A DNA stretch of 64,000 bases from an uncultured cyanobacterium (GTDB taxonomy: Bacteria > Cyanobacteriota > Cyanobacteriia > Cyanobacteriales > CAWUOF01): the NCBI GenBank assembly GCA_963744145.1, contig CAVUSO010000001.1, positions 6,720,001 to 6,784,000 of the forward strand. Reading direction: 5' to 3'. Under the pieces are notes generated by a model, which saw only the letters and a list, made by a program, of their open reading frames with translations, ran no database searches and was not told where the DNA came from. The position numbers and the translations under genes were made by a program. Positions 21,627 to 32,247 of the stretch are shown here, one piece after another (the stretch's first letter is position 1; every line of letters starts with the position of its first letter).

Positions 21627-22727
21627 TTAGCTCAAAGTAATTTTTTCCATTCCATAAGGAAGATGATGAACAGAAATTGGTGTTTCTAGTCCTTTCAAAG
21701 CTAGGATACTCTCTTTCCAAGAGTAATTTTTAATTATTTCTCTCGCTCCCAAATCATTTAATAAATTATCAGTAAACGCAATATCATTACCTGTACTAGT
21801 ACCTTGTACTCTTGCTGCTGTATTCACCACAGTTCCGAAATAGTCAGGACGTTCATTCAGGGTAACACTAATACAAGGACCGACATCAATCCCAATTTTG
21901 AGAATTAATTTATCTTCGGAAGGTAATTCTAATTGTTGATTCAATTTAGCAATTTCATCGTGCATAGCGATCGCGGCTTTAAACGCATCTATAGGAGTAG
22001 TAAATGCCGCCATAATTGCATCACCAATAGTTTTTACCACTACCCCATTATGTTTGTCAACTACTTGAAATAATAACCCAAAATGCTGATGGACTAAATT
22101 ATAAGCTTGAGCATCACCCCGACGAGAATAGAGGGAAGTTGAACCGACCAAATCAGTAAATAAAATTGCGACTCGTCGAATCAAAAGACTTTCATTAGGA
22201 GGAATTGTTTCTCTGGGGAATAAATTGCGAAAAGTTTGGACTGTCATTAATTCATGTCCAGATATCGTCCCATAATGCTCCCGAATTTGTGCCCGAAACT
22301 CGACATCATTAGCTGAGAAATTTAATCTTCGTAAACTTTCATCAATACTAAAAGTCACACTAACATTTTCATCCGCATTAGTCATTTGGGTGCCATGACA
22401 ATAAGGACAAACATGATAGGTATGTAAGTCATTTAATCTTTTAGGTTTAATATTAACACCTTGACACATTCCACAGAATACTTCCCAATTGAGAGTCATA
22501 ATCCCCTCTTTCACCGCAATCACTAAAACTCGGAGAGTTTCCCGATCGCTTAACTGTAACCATTCCCCAATCCGACGGGGATTAGCATGATACAATTCTC
22601 GACGATCCGAACTTTGTAAAAACTTAACCAGTTGCTGTCGGACTTGAGAATTAATACCATATTTTTCTAAAGCTTCTACAGCTTTAGGAATTTTTTGGTA
22701 ATTAGGTCTAAAGAAAAAATTCCACAC
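21627..22727 (-). CDS. Class III adenylate/guanylate cyclase with DUF5939-like N-terminus (GTG start)
   Basis: ILFTDLVGST, VKTIGDAIMAAF, DYFGTVVNTAARVQ; N-terminal CxxC...CxxC. Confidence 0.88.
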   Translation of the reverse strand: MWNFFFRPNYQKIPKAVEALEKYGINSQVRQQLVKFLQSSDRRELYHANPRRIGEWLQLSDRETLRVLVIAVKEGIMTLNWEVFCGMCQGVNIKPKRLNDLHTYHVCPYCHGTQMTNADENVSVTFSIDESLRRLNFSANDVEFRAQIREHYGTISGHELMTVQTFRNLFPRETIPPNESLLIRRVAILFTDLVGSTSLYSRRGDAQAYNLVHQHFGLLFQVVDKHNGVVVKTIGDAIMAAFTTPIDAFKAAIAMHDEIAKLNQQLELPSEDKLILKIGIDVGPCISVTLNERPDYFGTVVNTAARVQGTSTGNDIAFTDNLLNDLGAREIIKNYSWKESILALKGLETPISVHHLPYGMEKITLS

Positions 22728-22990
22728 GCTTACAAATTCTCCTATTCTTACCAGACTTGAGTAACAGCATCCAATTTATGTGAAAAGTTGTAGATTCTGA
22801 GGACAAAAGTCCCTTAATTACCGCTGATGTACCCTAATCCTGTAACAGTGACAAAAGCGTCACATCCGGGAGATAATTGGATATTTATTCTTGATAATTA
22901 TATAATATAAATCATCTTTGCATTACAAATAAATTAGGTATTAGGCTAGAACCAAGACAATTTAGTCCCCGCGAGTTCTCCAGAAAAATT

Positions 22991-23719
22991 ATGAAAAAAG
23001 TCCAAATCTTGTCAGATCCCACTAGCTTGATTGAGCGATCGCTGTCCCTCATTCTAACCAAAATCGAAATAGCGATCCAAGAACGAGATATATGTACTAT
23101 CGTCTTAGCAGGAGGTAGCACCCCCAAACCATTATATGAAGCACTCGCTACCCAAAACTTACCTTGGGAAAAAATCCATATTTTTTGGGGTGATGAACGT
23201 TATGTGTCCCCAGAACATCAAGATAGTAATCAACGAATGGCCCGATTAGCTTGGTTAGATCGAGTTCCCATCCCAGCATCCAATATTCATCCTATCCCTA
23301 CTGACGCCAATAATCCCGCCGTAGATGCCCAAACCTACGAGCAGGAAATACGACAGTTTTTTTCAAGTGCCAACGAAGTTCCTATTTTAGACATAATTTT
23401 ATTAGGCATGGGAGACGATGCTCATACCGCATCTTTATTTCCCCAAACAGAAGCACTGAAAATCAGCGATCGCTTAGTCACAGTCGGCTATAAAGATGAC
23501 CAACCGCGCATTACCCTAACCGTACCATTAATTAATCGCGCTCGTTGCGTTATCTTTATCGTGGCAGGTGCTAATAAACAACCCGCTTTAGCTCAAGTCT
23601 TCGCACCCGTAGCTAACGACCTGATCTATCCATCTAGGCTTATTCAGCCCGAAGGAGAACTTTGGTGGTTGCTAGACGAAGCGGCAGGTCAAAAACTTAC
23701 TTATGATTTTGTGGAGTAG
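22991..23719 (+). CDS. pgl: 6-phosphogluconolactonase
   Basis: LAGGSTPKPLY, FWGDERYV, LLGMGDDAHTASLFP. Confidence 0.95.
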   Translation: MKKVQILSDPTSLIERSLSLILTKIEIAIQERDICTIVLAGGSTPKPLYEALATQNLPWEKIHIFWGDERYVSPEHQDSNQRMARLAWLDRVPIPASNIHPIPTDANNPAVDAQTYEQEIRQFFSSANEVPILDIILLGMGDDAHTASLFPQTEALKISDRLVTVGYKDDQPRITLTVPLINRARCVIFIVAGANKQPALAQVFAPVANDLIYPSRLIQPEGELWWLLDEAAGQKLTYDFVE

Positions 23720-23728
23720 GAAAATTGC

Positions 23729-24504
23729 ATGATTGTTTGTCCCAATTGCAATCACCAAAATCCTGATGGTGCAAACCAATGTGAATCTTGCTATACCCCT
23801 TTACCCAGTACCATTAGTTGTCCAAATTGTGGCGCTCAAATTCAGACTAATGCGGCATTTTGTGGTCAATGTGGCTTTAATTTGCAAGCAGGAGCCCCCC
23901 CTTATCACCGCAAGTGCCCCCCACCGTGGTTTCATCTCCTCCCATAGTCACCTTACCGACTACGGAAATTGCCCAGTCTGTCCCAGATGTAACTACACCT
24001 GAACCCTTAATTGAACTAGAATCAGCAGCGATCGCATCCCCACCCGATCCGGTAATCGCTAGCACCACCACCGCGGAAACTGCTACACCTCTAACCCTAC
24101 CAGTTTCCCCAATCCCAAGTGCTAACATCGCCACAACTCCAACTGAAGGTGGAGCAAAAACTCAACTGCAACAGATGATTGCCAAGTTGTTGCAGGTCCA
24201 AACTAATACCTTAATTGAACTACCTCAGCATTTATCCGTAATTCATCTTGGTAAACCTAATGACCAAATACCACCAGATATTGATGTATCAGGATTTCCT
24301 AATTCCGATATCGTCTCCCGTGTTCATGCGGATATTCGGGTCGAAGGAGATGGTTACTATATAGAAGACGTAGGTAGTTCTAATGGTACTTACGTAAATA
24401 ATTTTCCCCTTCCAAAAGGAAATCGTCACCGTTTACGACCAGGGGATCGAATTGCTCTGGGTAAGGGTGATAAGGTGACTTTTATATTCCAAGTTTCTTC
24501 TTAG
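23729..24504 (+). CDS. Double zinc-ribbon / Pro-rich linker / FHA domain protein; frameshifted in C-runs near 23895-23922
   Basis: MIVCPNCNHQN...CPNCG...FCGQCG in ORF 23729; FHA (LGKPND, VSRVHA, DVGSSNGTYVN) in ORF 23914. Confidence 0.85.
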
Positions 24505-24545
24505 CTTTCATTTAACCAGGTTGCACCTACTCATCGATCAACAAT

Positions 24546-24947
24546 GTGATTACTCTCACCCTTTTACACCCCCTCCAACCCACCCCAGTTCGCAGTTGGA
24601 CTTTCCCTGACAACTGCACTATCCGTATTGGACGCTCATCAGAAAACCAAGTAGTTCTCTACAGTGCTGTCGTCTCTCGACATCATGTCGAATTACATCA
24701 GACTGATTCCGTCTGGGAAATCGTGAATTTAGGTACTAATGGCACCTATCTAGACGGAAAACGAATTGCCAAAGTCAGCGTAATCGATGGTTTAATCGTT
24801 CAACTGGCTCGTTCTGGTCCAAGGATTCAAATTCATATTAATCAACCAGCTCGAAAACCTCCATCAAATAGTCTGGACACACTTTCTCCCGAAGATTTAA
24901 CCCAACCCGATCTAAAAGTAATTGAATCTCGCGAGGTATGTCCATGA
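24546..24947 (+). CDS. FHA domain protein
   Basis: IRIGRS, VSRHHVE, GTNGTYLDG. Confidence 0.88.
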   Translation: MITLTLLHPLQPTPVRSWTFPDNCTIRIGRSSENQVVLYSAVVSRHHVELHQTDSVWEIVNLGTNGTYLDGKRIAKVSVIDGLIVQLARSGPRIQIHINQPARKPPSNSLDTLSPEDLTQPDLKVIESREVCP

Positions 24948-25106
24948 AAACTGCTCATCTTGCTCCGACTCTAGTTCTCCTGAGCTAGAATATATTTAGC
25001 GCGATTTCCATTGTTGGAGCGATCGCGCGATTATTTTTTTGGGAATTACTTAAGAATCACTAGCGATCAAACTAAGTCATACCTATAGCATACTTAGAGG
25101 TTTTCT

Positions 25107-26231
25107 ATGAATACGCAACCATTAGTCGTGAAACGTAGTGAGTTAATTAATCAGTTAGTTTTAGATCGAACTACCACTGAAGAGGTTGGACACATAGAAG
25201 AATTGTGGCTCGACCAAAAATTACATCAAATATTAGGGTTTAATTGTAAATCAGGATTGTTAGGAGTTACCAAACGCCCCTTTACTTGGTCAGAAATTGA
25301 GACAATTGGTAGTGATAGTCTGATTGTTAATTTCCGTCGTGAAGAAAAAACAGCCCAAAAACCAGCTCAAGTAGCACCTTTAATTGAACATGAGGTTTGG
25401 ACGGATACAGGTAATAAAGTCGGTAAAATAATAGATTACCTGATTAATATTCAAACAGGTAAAGTGATCAATTATCTCTTTGTTTCTAGTGGTTGGCGCG
25501 GTGTTTTGGATGGGGTTTATTTATTGTCTCCAGCAGCGATTACTAGCATTGGTAGTAAAAGAGTCATAGTTGCTGATGCAGTAGTTCAAGAACCTCAGTT
25601 TTATACGGAAGGATTACAACAAAAAGTTGTCCAAGCTGTAGAAGGAATTAAAGATGATTATGTCAAAAAAATTGATTTAGAAGGAATTAAACGTGGTGCC
25701 CAAAATCTGGGTGAACAAGTTAAAGAAGGCGCTCAAAATTTGGGTGAACAGGTTAAAGATAAAGCCAAAGAAGTAACTGAACAAGTTAAAGAAGGCGCTC
25801 AAAATTTGGGTGAACAAGTTAAAGATAAAGCCAAAGAAGTAACGGAAGGCGCTCAAAATTTGGGTGAACAAGTTAAAGATAAAGCCAAAGAAGTAACGGA
25901 AGGCGCTCAAAATTTGGGTGAACAAGTTAAAGATAAAGCCAAAGAAGTAACGGGAAAAGCTAAAGAAGGCGCTCAAAATTTAGGTGAACAGGTTAAAGAT
26001 AAAGCCAAAGAAGTACAGGAAAACGCTCAAAATTTGGGTGAAAAAATCAAAGATAAAGCTAAAGAAGTAACTGAAAAAGCCAAAGAAAAACTTTTGGAAA
26101 TTAAATCACATCCTCCCAAACTCATTCCCGCTTTAGCAAGAGAAACTCCTGACGTTACTGAAACAAACACAGCAAAAATTTCCCCAATCAACTCACATCC
26201 TACTGAGTCCACTTCTCCCTCGGAAATATAA
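25107..26231 (+). CDS. Tandem PRC-barrel protein with C-terminal LEA/apolipophorin-like helical repeats
   Basis: Two PRC-barrel-like halves (EVWTDTGNKVGKIIDY), then GAQNLGEQVKDKAKEVTE repeats. Confidence 0.75.
   Translation: MNTQPLVVKRSELINQLVLDRTTTEEVGHIEELWLDQKLHQILGFNCKSGLLGVTKRPFTWSEIETIGSDSLIVNFRREEKTAQKPAQVAPLIEHEVWTDTGNKVGKIIDYLINIQTGKVINYLFVSSGWRGVLDGVYLLSPAAITSIGSKRVIVADAVVQEPQFYTEGLQQKVVQAVEGIKDDYVKKIDLEGIKRGAQNLGEQVKEGAQNLGEQVKDKAKEVTEQVKEGAQNLGEQVKDKAKEVTEGAQNLGEQVKDKAKEVTEGAQNLGEQVKDKAKEVTGKAKEGAQNLGEQVKDKAKEVQENAQNLGEKIKDKAKEVTEKAKEKLLEIKSHPPKLIPALARETPDVTETNTAKISPINSHPTESTSPSEI
25695..26090 (+). repeat. In-frame coding tandem repeat (33/54/66-bp units)
   Basis: Seven near-identical GCTCAAAATTTGGGTGAACAAGTTAAAGA cores. 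Confidence 0.9.
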
Positions 26232-26389
26232 AATTGTCCAAAATATCAATCATTATCCTGACATCCACCAGTTATCCCCATAAATTCTCCAGGAGAATTG
26301 TCAATGTTTCCTTTCAGTGATAGGCTAAGATCAGAACTGCTGAATTGATCAGCAATTTTACCTAAAAATTTTGCAAGCATCTAACAACG

Positions 26390-26836
26390 GTGATTACTTT
26401 AACCCTGCTTCATCCTACCGAATCTGTTCCTGTTCAAAGTTGGAGTTTTGAACCTGTACCAGTAATCCGGATTGGTCGATCAAAGGAGAATGACGTAGTG
26501 GTTTACAGTGCTGTAGTTTCCCGTCACCATGTTGAAATATGGAACAATCCATCCGGTTGGGAAGTAATCAACTTCGGTTCAAACGGGACTTTTGTCGATG
26601 ATAAACCAATCACCCAAATCCCAGTAGCAGATGGAATGGTGATTAGACTGGGAGGGAGTTCTGGACCAAAAATTCGGATTCGGATTGGAGCGATCGATCC
26701 CAAAGCAATGATCAAAACAGCGACAGTCAAACAAGCGTCAACCTCAAATCCAACTAATCAAATCAGCGAAAAGCAAACATTTCTCCGTCGTCGAGAACAT
26801 AAACCAGAGGAAGGAACTCAAACGGATTTTGATTAA
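26390..26836 (+). CDS. FHA domain protein (paralogue of 24546-24947)
   Basis: Same MITLTLLHP start, IRIGRS, YSAVVSRHHVE, GSNGTFVD. Confidence 0.88.
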   Translation: MITLTLLHPTESVPVQSWSFEPVPVIRIGRSKENDVVVYSAVVSRHHVEIWNNPSGWEVINFGSNGTFVDDKPITQIPVADGMVIRLGGSSGPKIRIRIGAIDPKAMIKTATVKQASTSNPTNQISEKQTFLRRREHKPEEGTQTDFD

Positions 26837-26851
26837 AATCCCCAATTTGCA

Positions 26852-26880
26852 GGAGAGCGGGTTGATCCCCGCTCCGCTCC
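26852..26880. terminator. GC-rich hairpin between convergent genes (probable terminator)
   Basis: GAGCGGG-N6-CCCGCTC between the FHA gene stop and the chlB stop. Confidence 0.5.
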
Positions 26881-26883
26881 ATA

Positions 26884-28410
26884 CTAAGCTCCCACAGCTT
26901 CCTTAGCTGCGTAAAGAACTTCTACGGTAATTTGAGCGATCCCTCGATCGCGAGCAAATTTTTCAGTATTGCGTTTGACTTTACCACGCACAAAACCAGG
27001 AATCTTATTTAATTCAGCTTGTCCTTCCTTCGTCCAAGTTAAATCAGATTCAGCGGAAATACCTTTATGAATAACTTCCTTAGTATCGTGACCACCAAAT
27101 ATTTCTAACAAATGGTCTTCCATCCCTAAAGTAAAGGAATTGTAAACTAAATCAGTCAATTGATTAGTACCTTCATAGCCTAAAAACGGTTTATAACCAA
27201 TCGGAAAATTTTGGACATGAATGGGAGCTGCAATTACACCACAAGGAATATTTAAACGCTTACCAACATGACGTTCCATTTGAGTTCCAAAAATTGCCGC
27301 AGGTTCCAGACGAGCGATCGCATCACCAATCTTACCATTATCATCACTAACTAACACTTCATCACAGTATTCACTGACCTGTTCCCGGAACCATTGTTCA
27401 TCATATTTACAATAAGTACCAGCCAAAACTACCCGAATCCCCATTTCTCTGGATAAGACTTTAGTCATAGCAGCAGCATGAGTATTATCGCCAAAGACTA
27501 CAGCTTTTTTACCAGTCAAATTTTGACAGTCAATGGAGCGAGAAAACCAAGCAGCTTGAGAAACATACAAGGTTTGTTCATTAATAAAATCTTCGTAATT
27601 AACCTGAGTTCCTAAATCATTAATCACCTGTTGAATCTTACGGATACAGCGAGCAGTTTCCACTACCCCCATCGGTGTAATATCAACATAAGGCATCCCG
27701 AAGTCTTCTTGCAGATAACTAGCTGTCATCAACCCAACTTCGCGATAAGGAACCAAATTAAACCAAGCGCGAGGGAGATTTTTTAAATTATGAACTGATG
27801 CACCTTCGGGAATTACCTCATTGACTTCAATTCCTAAATCAGCCATCAAACGTTTAAGTTCAGTACAATCATGGTGATTATGGAAACCCAAAGAGGTAAT
27901 CCCAATAATATTAACAGAGGGTTTTTCAGTCTTTCCTGATGGGAGATCACCTTTTTTCCGAGCTTTGGCAATATAGAACTGCACAATTTGTTGTAAAGTG
28001 CGATCGGCAGCTTGGATTTCATTAACACGATAGTGATTCACATCAGCCAACATCACATCACCATGAGATGACAATTGGGCTCGCTCCACAAAATTTTGCA
28101 GATCTTCTTGGAGAATGCTCGAAGTACAGGTAGGAGTCAGAACAATTAAATCAGGGTGTTCTTCACTATCCTTACGAGTGATATTATCTACCACCTTTTC
28201 CTGAGAACCACGGGCTAAAACATGGCGATCGACCGAACTAATAGTAACAGGGGTAAAATTCCGATCTCGTTCTAACATCGATCGCATCACATTAAAATAG
28301 TCATCTCCAATGGGAGCGTGCATAATTGCATGGACATTTTTGAAAGAACTAGAGACGCGCAGAGTCCCAATATGAGCCGGACCAGCATACATCCAATAAG
28401 CTAATTTCAT
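26884..28410 (-). CDS. chlB: Light-independent protochlorophyllide reductase subunit B
   Basis: True start [15 protein letters not shown] at 28410 (508 aa); PCP-red C-terminus [14 protein letters not shown]. Confidence 0.98.
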   Translation of the reverse strand: MKLAYWMYAGPAHIGTLRVSSSFKNVHAIMHAPIGDDYFNVMRSMLERDRNFTPVTISSVDRHVLARGSQEKVVDNITRKDSEEHPDLIVLTPTCTSSILQEDLQNFVERAQLSSHGDVMLADVNHYRVNEIQAADRTLQQIVQFYIAKARKKGDLPSGKTEKPSVNIIGITSLGFHNHHDCTELKRLMADLGIEVNEVIPEGASVHNLKNLPRAWFNLVPYREVGLMTASYLQEDFGMPYVDITPMGVVETARCIRKIQQVINDLGTQVNYEDFINEQTLYVSQAAWFSRSIDCQNLTGKKAVVFGDNTHAAAMTKVLSREMGIRVVLAGTYCKYDEQWFREQVSEYCDEVLVSDDNGKIGDAIARLEPAAIFGTQMERHVGKRLNIPCGVIAAPIHVQNFPIGYKPFLGYEGTNQLTDLVYNSFTLGMEDHLLEIFGGHDTKEVIHKGISAESDLTWTKEGQAELNKIPGFVRGKVKRNTEKFARDRGIAQITVEVLYAAKEAVGA

Positions 28411-28620
28411 AAAATATTTCTCCCAAAAACGACAAAACCTAGATGAATTCGTTTTGATTGTCTCAGAGAAAGATGCTGGTGAATAGGGCAAAAAATCTGG
28501 TCTTCGCGATCGGCTAATTCCTCAAAGGTTTTTCCTGTCTGAGATTGAGCTAGCAATTAAAACAACATTAAGGTTGTTTTATCGCAATGATTCTTAACTA
28601 ATTGCTAATCGAGGGAAAAA

Positions 28621-28736
28621 CCGTTCGACTCCGCTCACGGGACACCTAACCCCCCAACCCCCTTCCCTCGTAGGGAAGGGAGAGAAGATCATTCTTGCTC
28701 CCCTTTCCTTTTACGGAGAGGGGTTGGGGGAGAGGT
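28621..28736. repeat. Cyanobacterial dispersed hairpin repeats (CCCCTTCCC...GGGAAGGG type plus a TTCGACTCCGCTCA hairpin)
   Basis: CCGTTCGACTCCGCTCACGG followed by ACCTAACCCCCCAACCCC...GGGGTTGGGGGAGAGGT inverted arms. Confidence 0.7.
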
Positions 28737-28789
28737 CAATCCGGGCGATCGATTGTCCCCCGAATAGGAAAGCCCCTACCGCATTTTGA

Positions 28790-31366
28790 TTATGCGTTAG
28801 CCCACAGAATTAACCGTGGCTCATAGGGACTACTGAGATGAGGGTGCTTAGGTAATACCCGTAAAGAAAAACCCTGCAAACCAGAGGAAGTATAGGTAAT
28901 ATCGCCAGTGTAAACACTTATATGATCACCATCTTTTCCTTGGTAACTCATCACAGTAGGAACACCATTAGTAATTTTGCCATCAATCCCGATCGGACCT
29001 TGATAGATTTCCACTTGCAAATCATCAGGACTAAGTCCAGCCAAACTTAATCGAGCTTTAACTGCTAAAGTTTGTGAAACTTTTACATCCGTACTTTCAG
29101 AAACATCAACATTGTGAATTTTAATGTTGTACCACTGATCAGCTAAGTGAATGCGCCAGCGCGAAAAATCCTTAGCCGAAGCGTAATCCTTAACAGTCAT
29201 CGCATCATAGCGATCGCTAGCCGGGAAATAACCTCGTAAAGCATATTCTCCTACCATCCGCGCCGTATTAAAAAACGGACAATTCAAACGGATGGCATCT
29301 TTCATTTTGGCAATCCAACGACGTGGAAGTCCGTCTAGATCACGTTCATAGAATAAGGGAATCACTTCTTTTTCGAGGAGATCGTAGAGAGCATTAGCTT
29401 CAATTTGATCTTGATAACCTAAATCCTCATAAACTTCGCCATTACCAATCGGCCAGCCAGTCCGGACATAATCCGCTTCATCCCACCAACCATCTAGTAC
29501 CGAGAGATTCAATAAACCATTCATAGCTGCTTTCATTCCGCTCGTACCCGAAGCTTCCCGAGGACGACGGGGAGTATTCAGCCAGACATCACAACCCGCT
29601 ACCATTAAGCGAGAGACGTGCATATCGTAGTTAGGAATAAAGACAACATTATGACTCATTCCTTCATCACGGATTGTATGCACAATCTCCCGGATCAGTT
29701 CTTTACCGGGGATATCCTGGGGATGAGCTTTACCGGCAATCACAAATTGGACTTGACGGTGCTTATTAGTCAGCATGATCTGTTTAATCCGGTCTAGATC
29801 CCTTAAAAATAGTGTTGCCCGCTTATAGGTAGCAAAGCGACGGGCAAAACCAATTGTTAACACTGAAGGATCAAGAACTTCTGCTGCTGCGGCAATATCA
29901 CCAGGAGATGCACCGCGATCGCGCAAGCTTTTTTGCAGATGCTCCCGCAAAAACACCACCATTTCCGAGCGACAGCGTTCGTGATTGCGCCACAATTCAT
30001 CATCAGGAATTTTCTCAACCCGATCCCATAGGGGTTGATCTGGAGCTGCGGCAGACCATTGCGGGCCAAAATAGCGATCATAGAGTTCCTGAGTGGATTT
30101 AGCTACACAACTGCGAGCATGAACTCCGTTGGTAATGGAAGTAATTGGCACTTCATCCACCGGTACTCCGGGCCACAAACCTTTAAACATCTCTCGCGAA
30201 ACTACCCCGTGGAGTTTGGCTACACCATTCACAAAAGTGGCCATCTTGATCGCCAGGATCGCCATACTGAAAGGTGAATCGAGAGCGCCACTATTTTCCC
30301 GTCCCAGGGCTAAAAATTGTTCCTTGGAGGAGCCAAAGTTATTAGCATAGTGCCCCAAGTAATACATGATTTTGTCTGGTGGGAATAGATCAATCCCTGC
30401 GGGGACAGGAGTATGGGTGGTAAAAATTTGACTGGAACGAGCTATTTGTCGGGCTTCGGCAAAACTCAGACCATTTTCAGCCATCATCACCCGAATCCGT
30501 TCTAACACTAAGAAAGCTGAATGGCCTTCATTCATGTGGTAAGTAGTGGGTTGGAGTCCTAGTGCTTTCAGCATTCGGACACCACCAATTCCCAACATCA
30601 TTTCTTGGTGAATCCGCATATCCAGATCACCACCATAGAGGCGATCGGTAATATCATGGTCGTATGCGTTGTTGGGTTCAATGTTAGTGTCTAGCAGATA
30701 CAGGGGCACTGTCCCAACTTGCACGCGCCAAACCCGAGCATAAACAGTACGTCCTGGATAGTCCACCCCAATGCGTAATTCTGAGCCATCGGGATGACGT
30801 TCTAGGTGTAGTGTCATGTTGTAAAAATCATTAATCGGGTAACGCTCTTGCTGCCAACCATCAGCATTTAGTTGTTGACTAAAATAGCCTTCTTGATACA
30901 GCAACCCAACACCGACTAAAGGTAAGCCTAAATCGCTCGCTGATTTGAGGTGATCACCAGCCAAAACACCAAGACCACCAGAGTATACGGGTAAACAATC
31001 GGCCAGACCAAATTCCATGGAAAAGTAGGCATAACAGTCGTTAGTGCTACCTGGTAATTTTTGGGTTCTATGCTTGCGATACCAAGTTCGCTCTTCGATG
31101 TATTCATCTAACTGACGCACAGCTCGATCCATTTGGGCTAGAAAACCCTCATCTTCGGCTGCTTCTTGTAGACGCTGTTGATTGATCGTCCCTAACATTA
31201 AAACTGGGTTGTGATGACTGGATTCCCAGAGATCCCGATCTAGACGCCGAAATAAGTCCTTGGTTTCTACATTCCAATCCCAGTGGAGATTATAGGCAAG
31301 TTTCCGGAGTGGTTCAAGCTGAGTAGGTAGTGAAGGAGAGACGTTAAATGTGCGAATCGGTTGCAT
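28790..31366 (-). CDS. glgP: Alpha-glucan (glycogen) phosphorylase
   Basis: YFSMEFG, YSGGLGVLAGDHLKSASDLG, ARRFATYKR, EASGTSGMKAA. Confidence 0.96.
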   Translation of the reverse strand: MQPIRTFNVSPSLPTQLEPLRKLAYNLHWDWNVETKDLFRRLDRDLWESSHHNPVLMLGTINQQRLQEAAEDEGFLAQMDRAVRQLDEYIEERTWYRKHRTQKLPGSTNDCYAYFSMEFGLADCLPVYSGGLGVLAGDHLKSASDLGLPLVGVGLLYQEGYFSQQLNADGWQQERYPINDFYNMTLHLERHPDGSELRIGVDYPGRTVYARVWRVQVGTVPLYLLDTNIEPNNAYDHDITDRLYGGDLDMRIHQEMMLGIGGVRMLKALGLQPTTYHMNEGHSAFLVLERIRVMMAENGLSFAEARQIARSSQIFTTHTPVPAGIDLFPPDKIMYYLGHYANNFGSSKEQFLALGRENSGALDSPFSMAILAIKMATFVNGVAKLHGVVSREMFKGLWPGVPVDEVPITSITNGVHARSCVAKSTQELYDRYFGPQWSAAAPDQPLWDRVEKIPDDELWRNHERCRSEMVVFLREHLQKSLRDRGASPGDIAAAAEVLDPSVLTIGFARRFATYKRATLFLRDLDRIKQIMLTNKHRQVQFVIAGKAHPQDIPGKELIREIVHTIRDEGMSHNVVFIPNYDMHVSRLMVAGCDVWLNTPRRPREASGTSGMKAAMNGLLNLSVLDGWWDEADYVRTGWPIGNGEVYEDLGYQDQIEANALYDLLEKEVIPLFYERDLDGLPRRWIAKMKDAIRLNCPFFNTARMVGEYALRGYFPASDRYDAMTVKDYASAKDFSRWRIHLADQWYNIKIHNVDVSESTDVKVSQTLAVKARLSLAGLSPDDLQVEIYQGPIGIDGKITNGVPTVMSYQGKDGDHISVYTGDITYTSSGLQGFSLRVLPKHPHLSSPYEPRLILWANA

Positions 31367-31636
31367 GACAAGGTCTCCAAGTCCAGTGATGGTGATTAAA
31401 CCCTTTAAGTTGCTGATTATTTCAGCAATTTAATGATCTAAGTTCCGATTAAATCTTGACCTATTGTGTATCCACTTAGACTAATATGCGACATTCACCC
31501 TAGAAGATTTTAATATTTAGTGAAAAAAGACCTACTTTAACCGCAAGTGGGTCATGCAATTGTCATTTGTACCAGCTTTTTTTTGCCAAGGTTAAGATAT
31601 TCTCAAGCAATTTACTCAAAAATATCGGTTATAATT

Positions 31637-31763
31637 CAATACGGTTCACAGTTAAGATTTTTTTGGAGTTCTCGGCAAAGAACCGGGCGAAGCATTCGGA
31701 TCTAAAATTAATGGATTTAAGTGATAAGTTATCGCCCGAATGCTTCGCCCCTACACTGGATTG
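31637..31763. mobile_element. 127-bp MITE with CAAT...ATTG termini, 10-bp target duplication and REP doublet cargo
   Basis: GGTTATAATT at 31627-31636 and 31764-31773; internal GGGCGAAGCATTCGG...CCGAATGCTTCGCCCCTAC. Confidence 0.85.
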
Positions 31764-31788
31764 GGTTATAATTATTTGATTTCTGAAT

Positions 31789-32247
31789 TTGGGATATATG
31801 AAAACTGATCTAGACCCAAACTCAAGGAAATTGGTGCCGAGTAACTGGCCGATCGAAAAATTGCCAGGATTAAGTCTTGAGGATGGAGCGAAATTAAAAG
31901 CTTGCGGGATTGAAACTACTGCACAACTGATTCAGCAAGGTAGCAATCTGGGCCAAAAACAATATTTAGCATCTCGGTTACAGGTTCATGTCCAATATGT
32001 GAAGAAATGGGTAGCCCTAGCTGATTTAGCGTCTGTCCCCAAGGTTGGTTGCCAGTATTGTGGGCTATTACTCCACGCTGGGATTTCTTCTTCGGCTCAG
32101 TTAGCCCGGACTCCCTTGCCGAAGTTACACCAACAAATTTTAAGACTACAAGTGGCAACGATGCAGCGTCGGGATCTTTGTCCATTAGCTAGTGATCTGC
32201 AAATTTGGATCAAACAAGCGCAATTGATTGCCAATATTTTAGGTTAA
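31789..32247 (+). CDS. DUF4332 domain protein (helix-hairpin-helix-like)
   Basis: WPIEKLPGL, KWVALADLA, VGCQYCGLLLHAGI; the start may be the ATG at 31798. Confidence 0.75.
   Translation: MGYMKTDLDPNSRKLVPSNWPIEKLPGLSLEDGAKLKACGIETTAQLIQQGSNLGQKQYLASRLQVHVQYVKKWVALADLASVPKVGCQYCGLLLHAGISSSAQLARTPLPKLHQQILRLQVATMQRRDLCPLASDLQIWIKQAQLIANILG

Noticed and set aside
22848..22865. GTGA...TCACA upstream of the cyclase and pgl as a CRP site
   Set aside because: The spacer is 8 nt rather than the required 6
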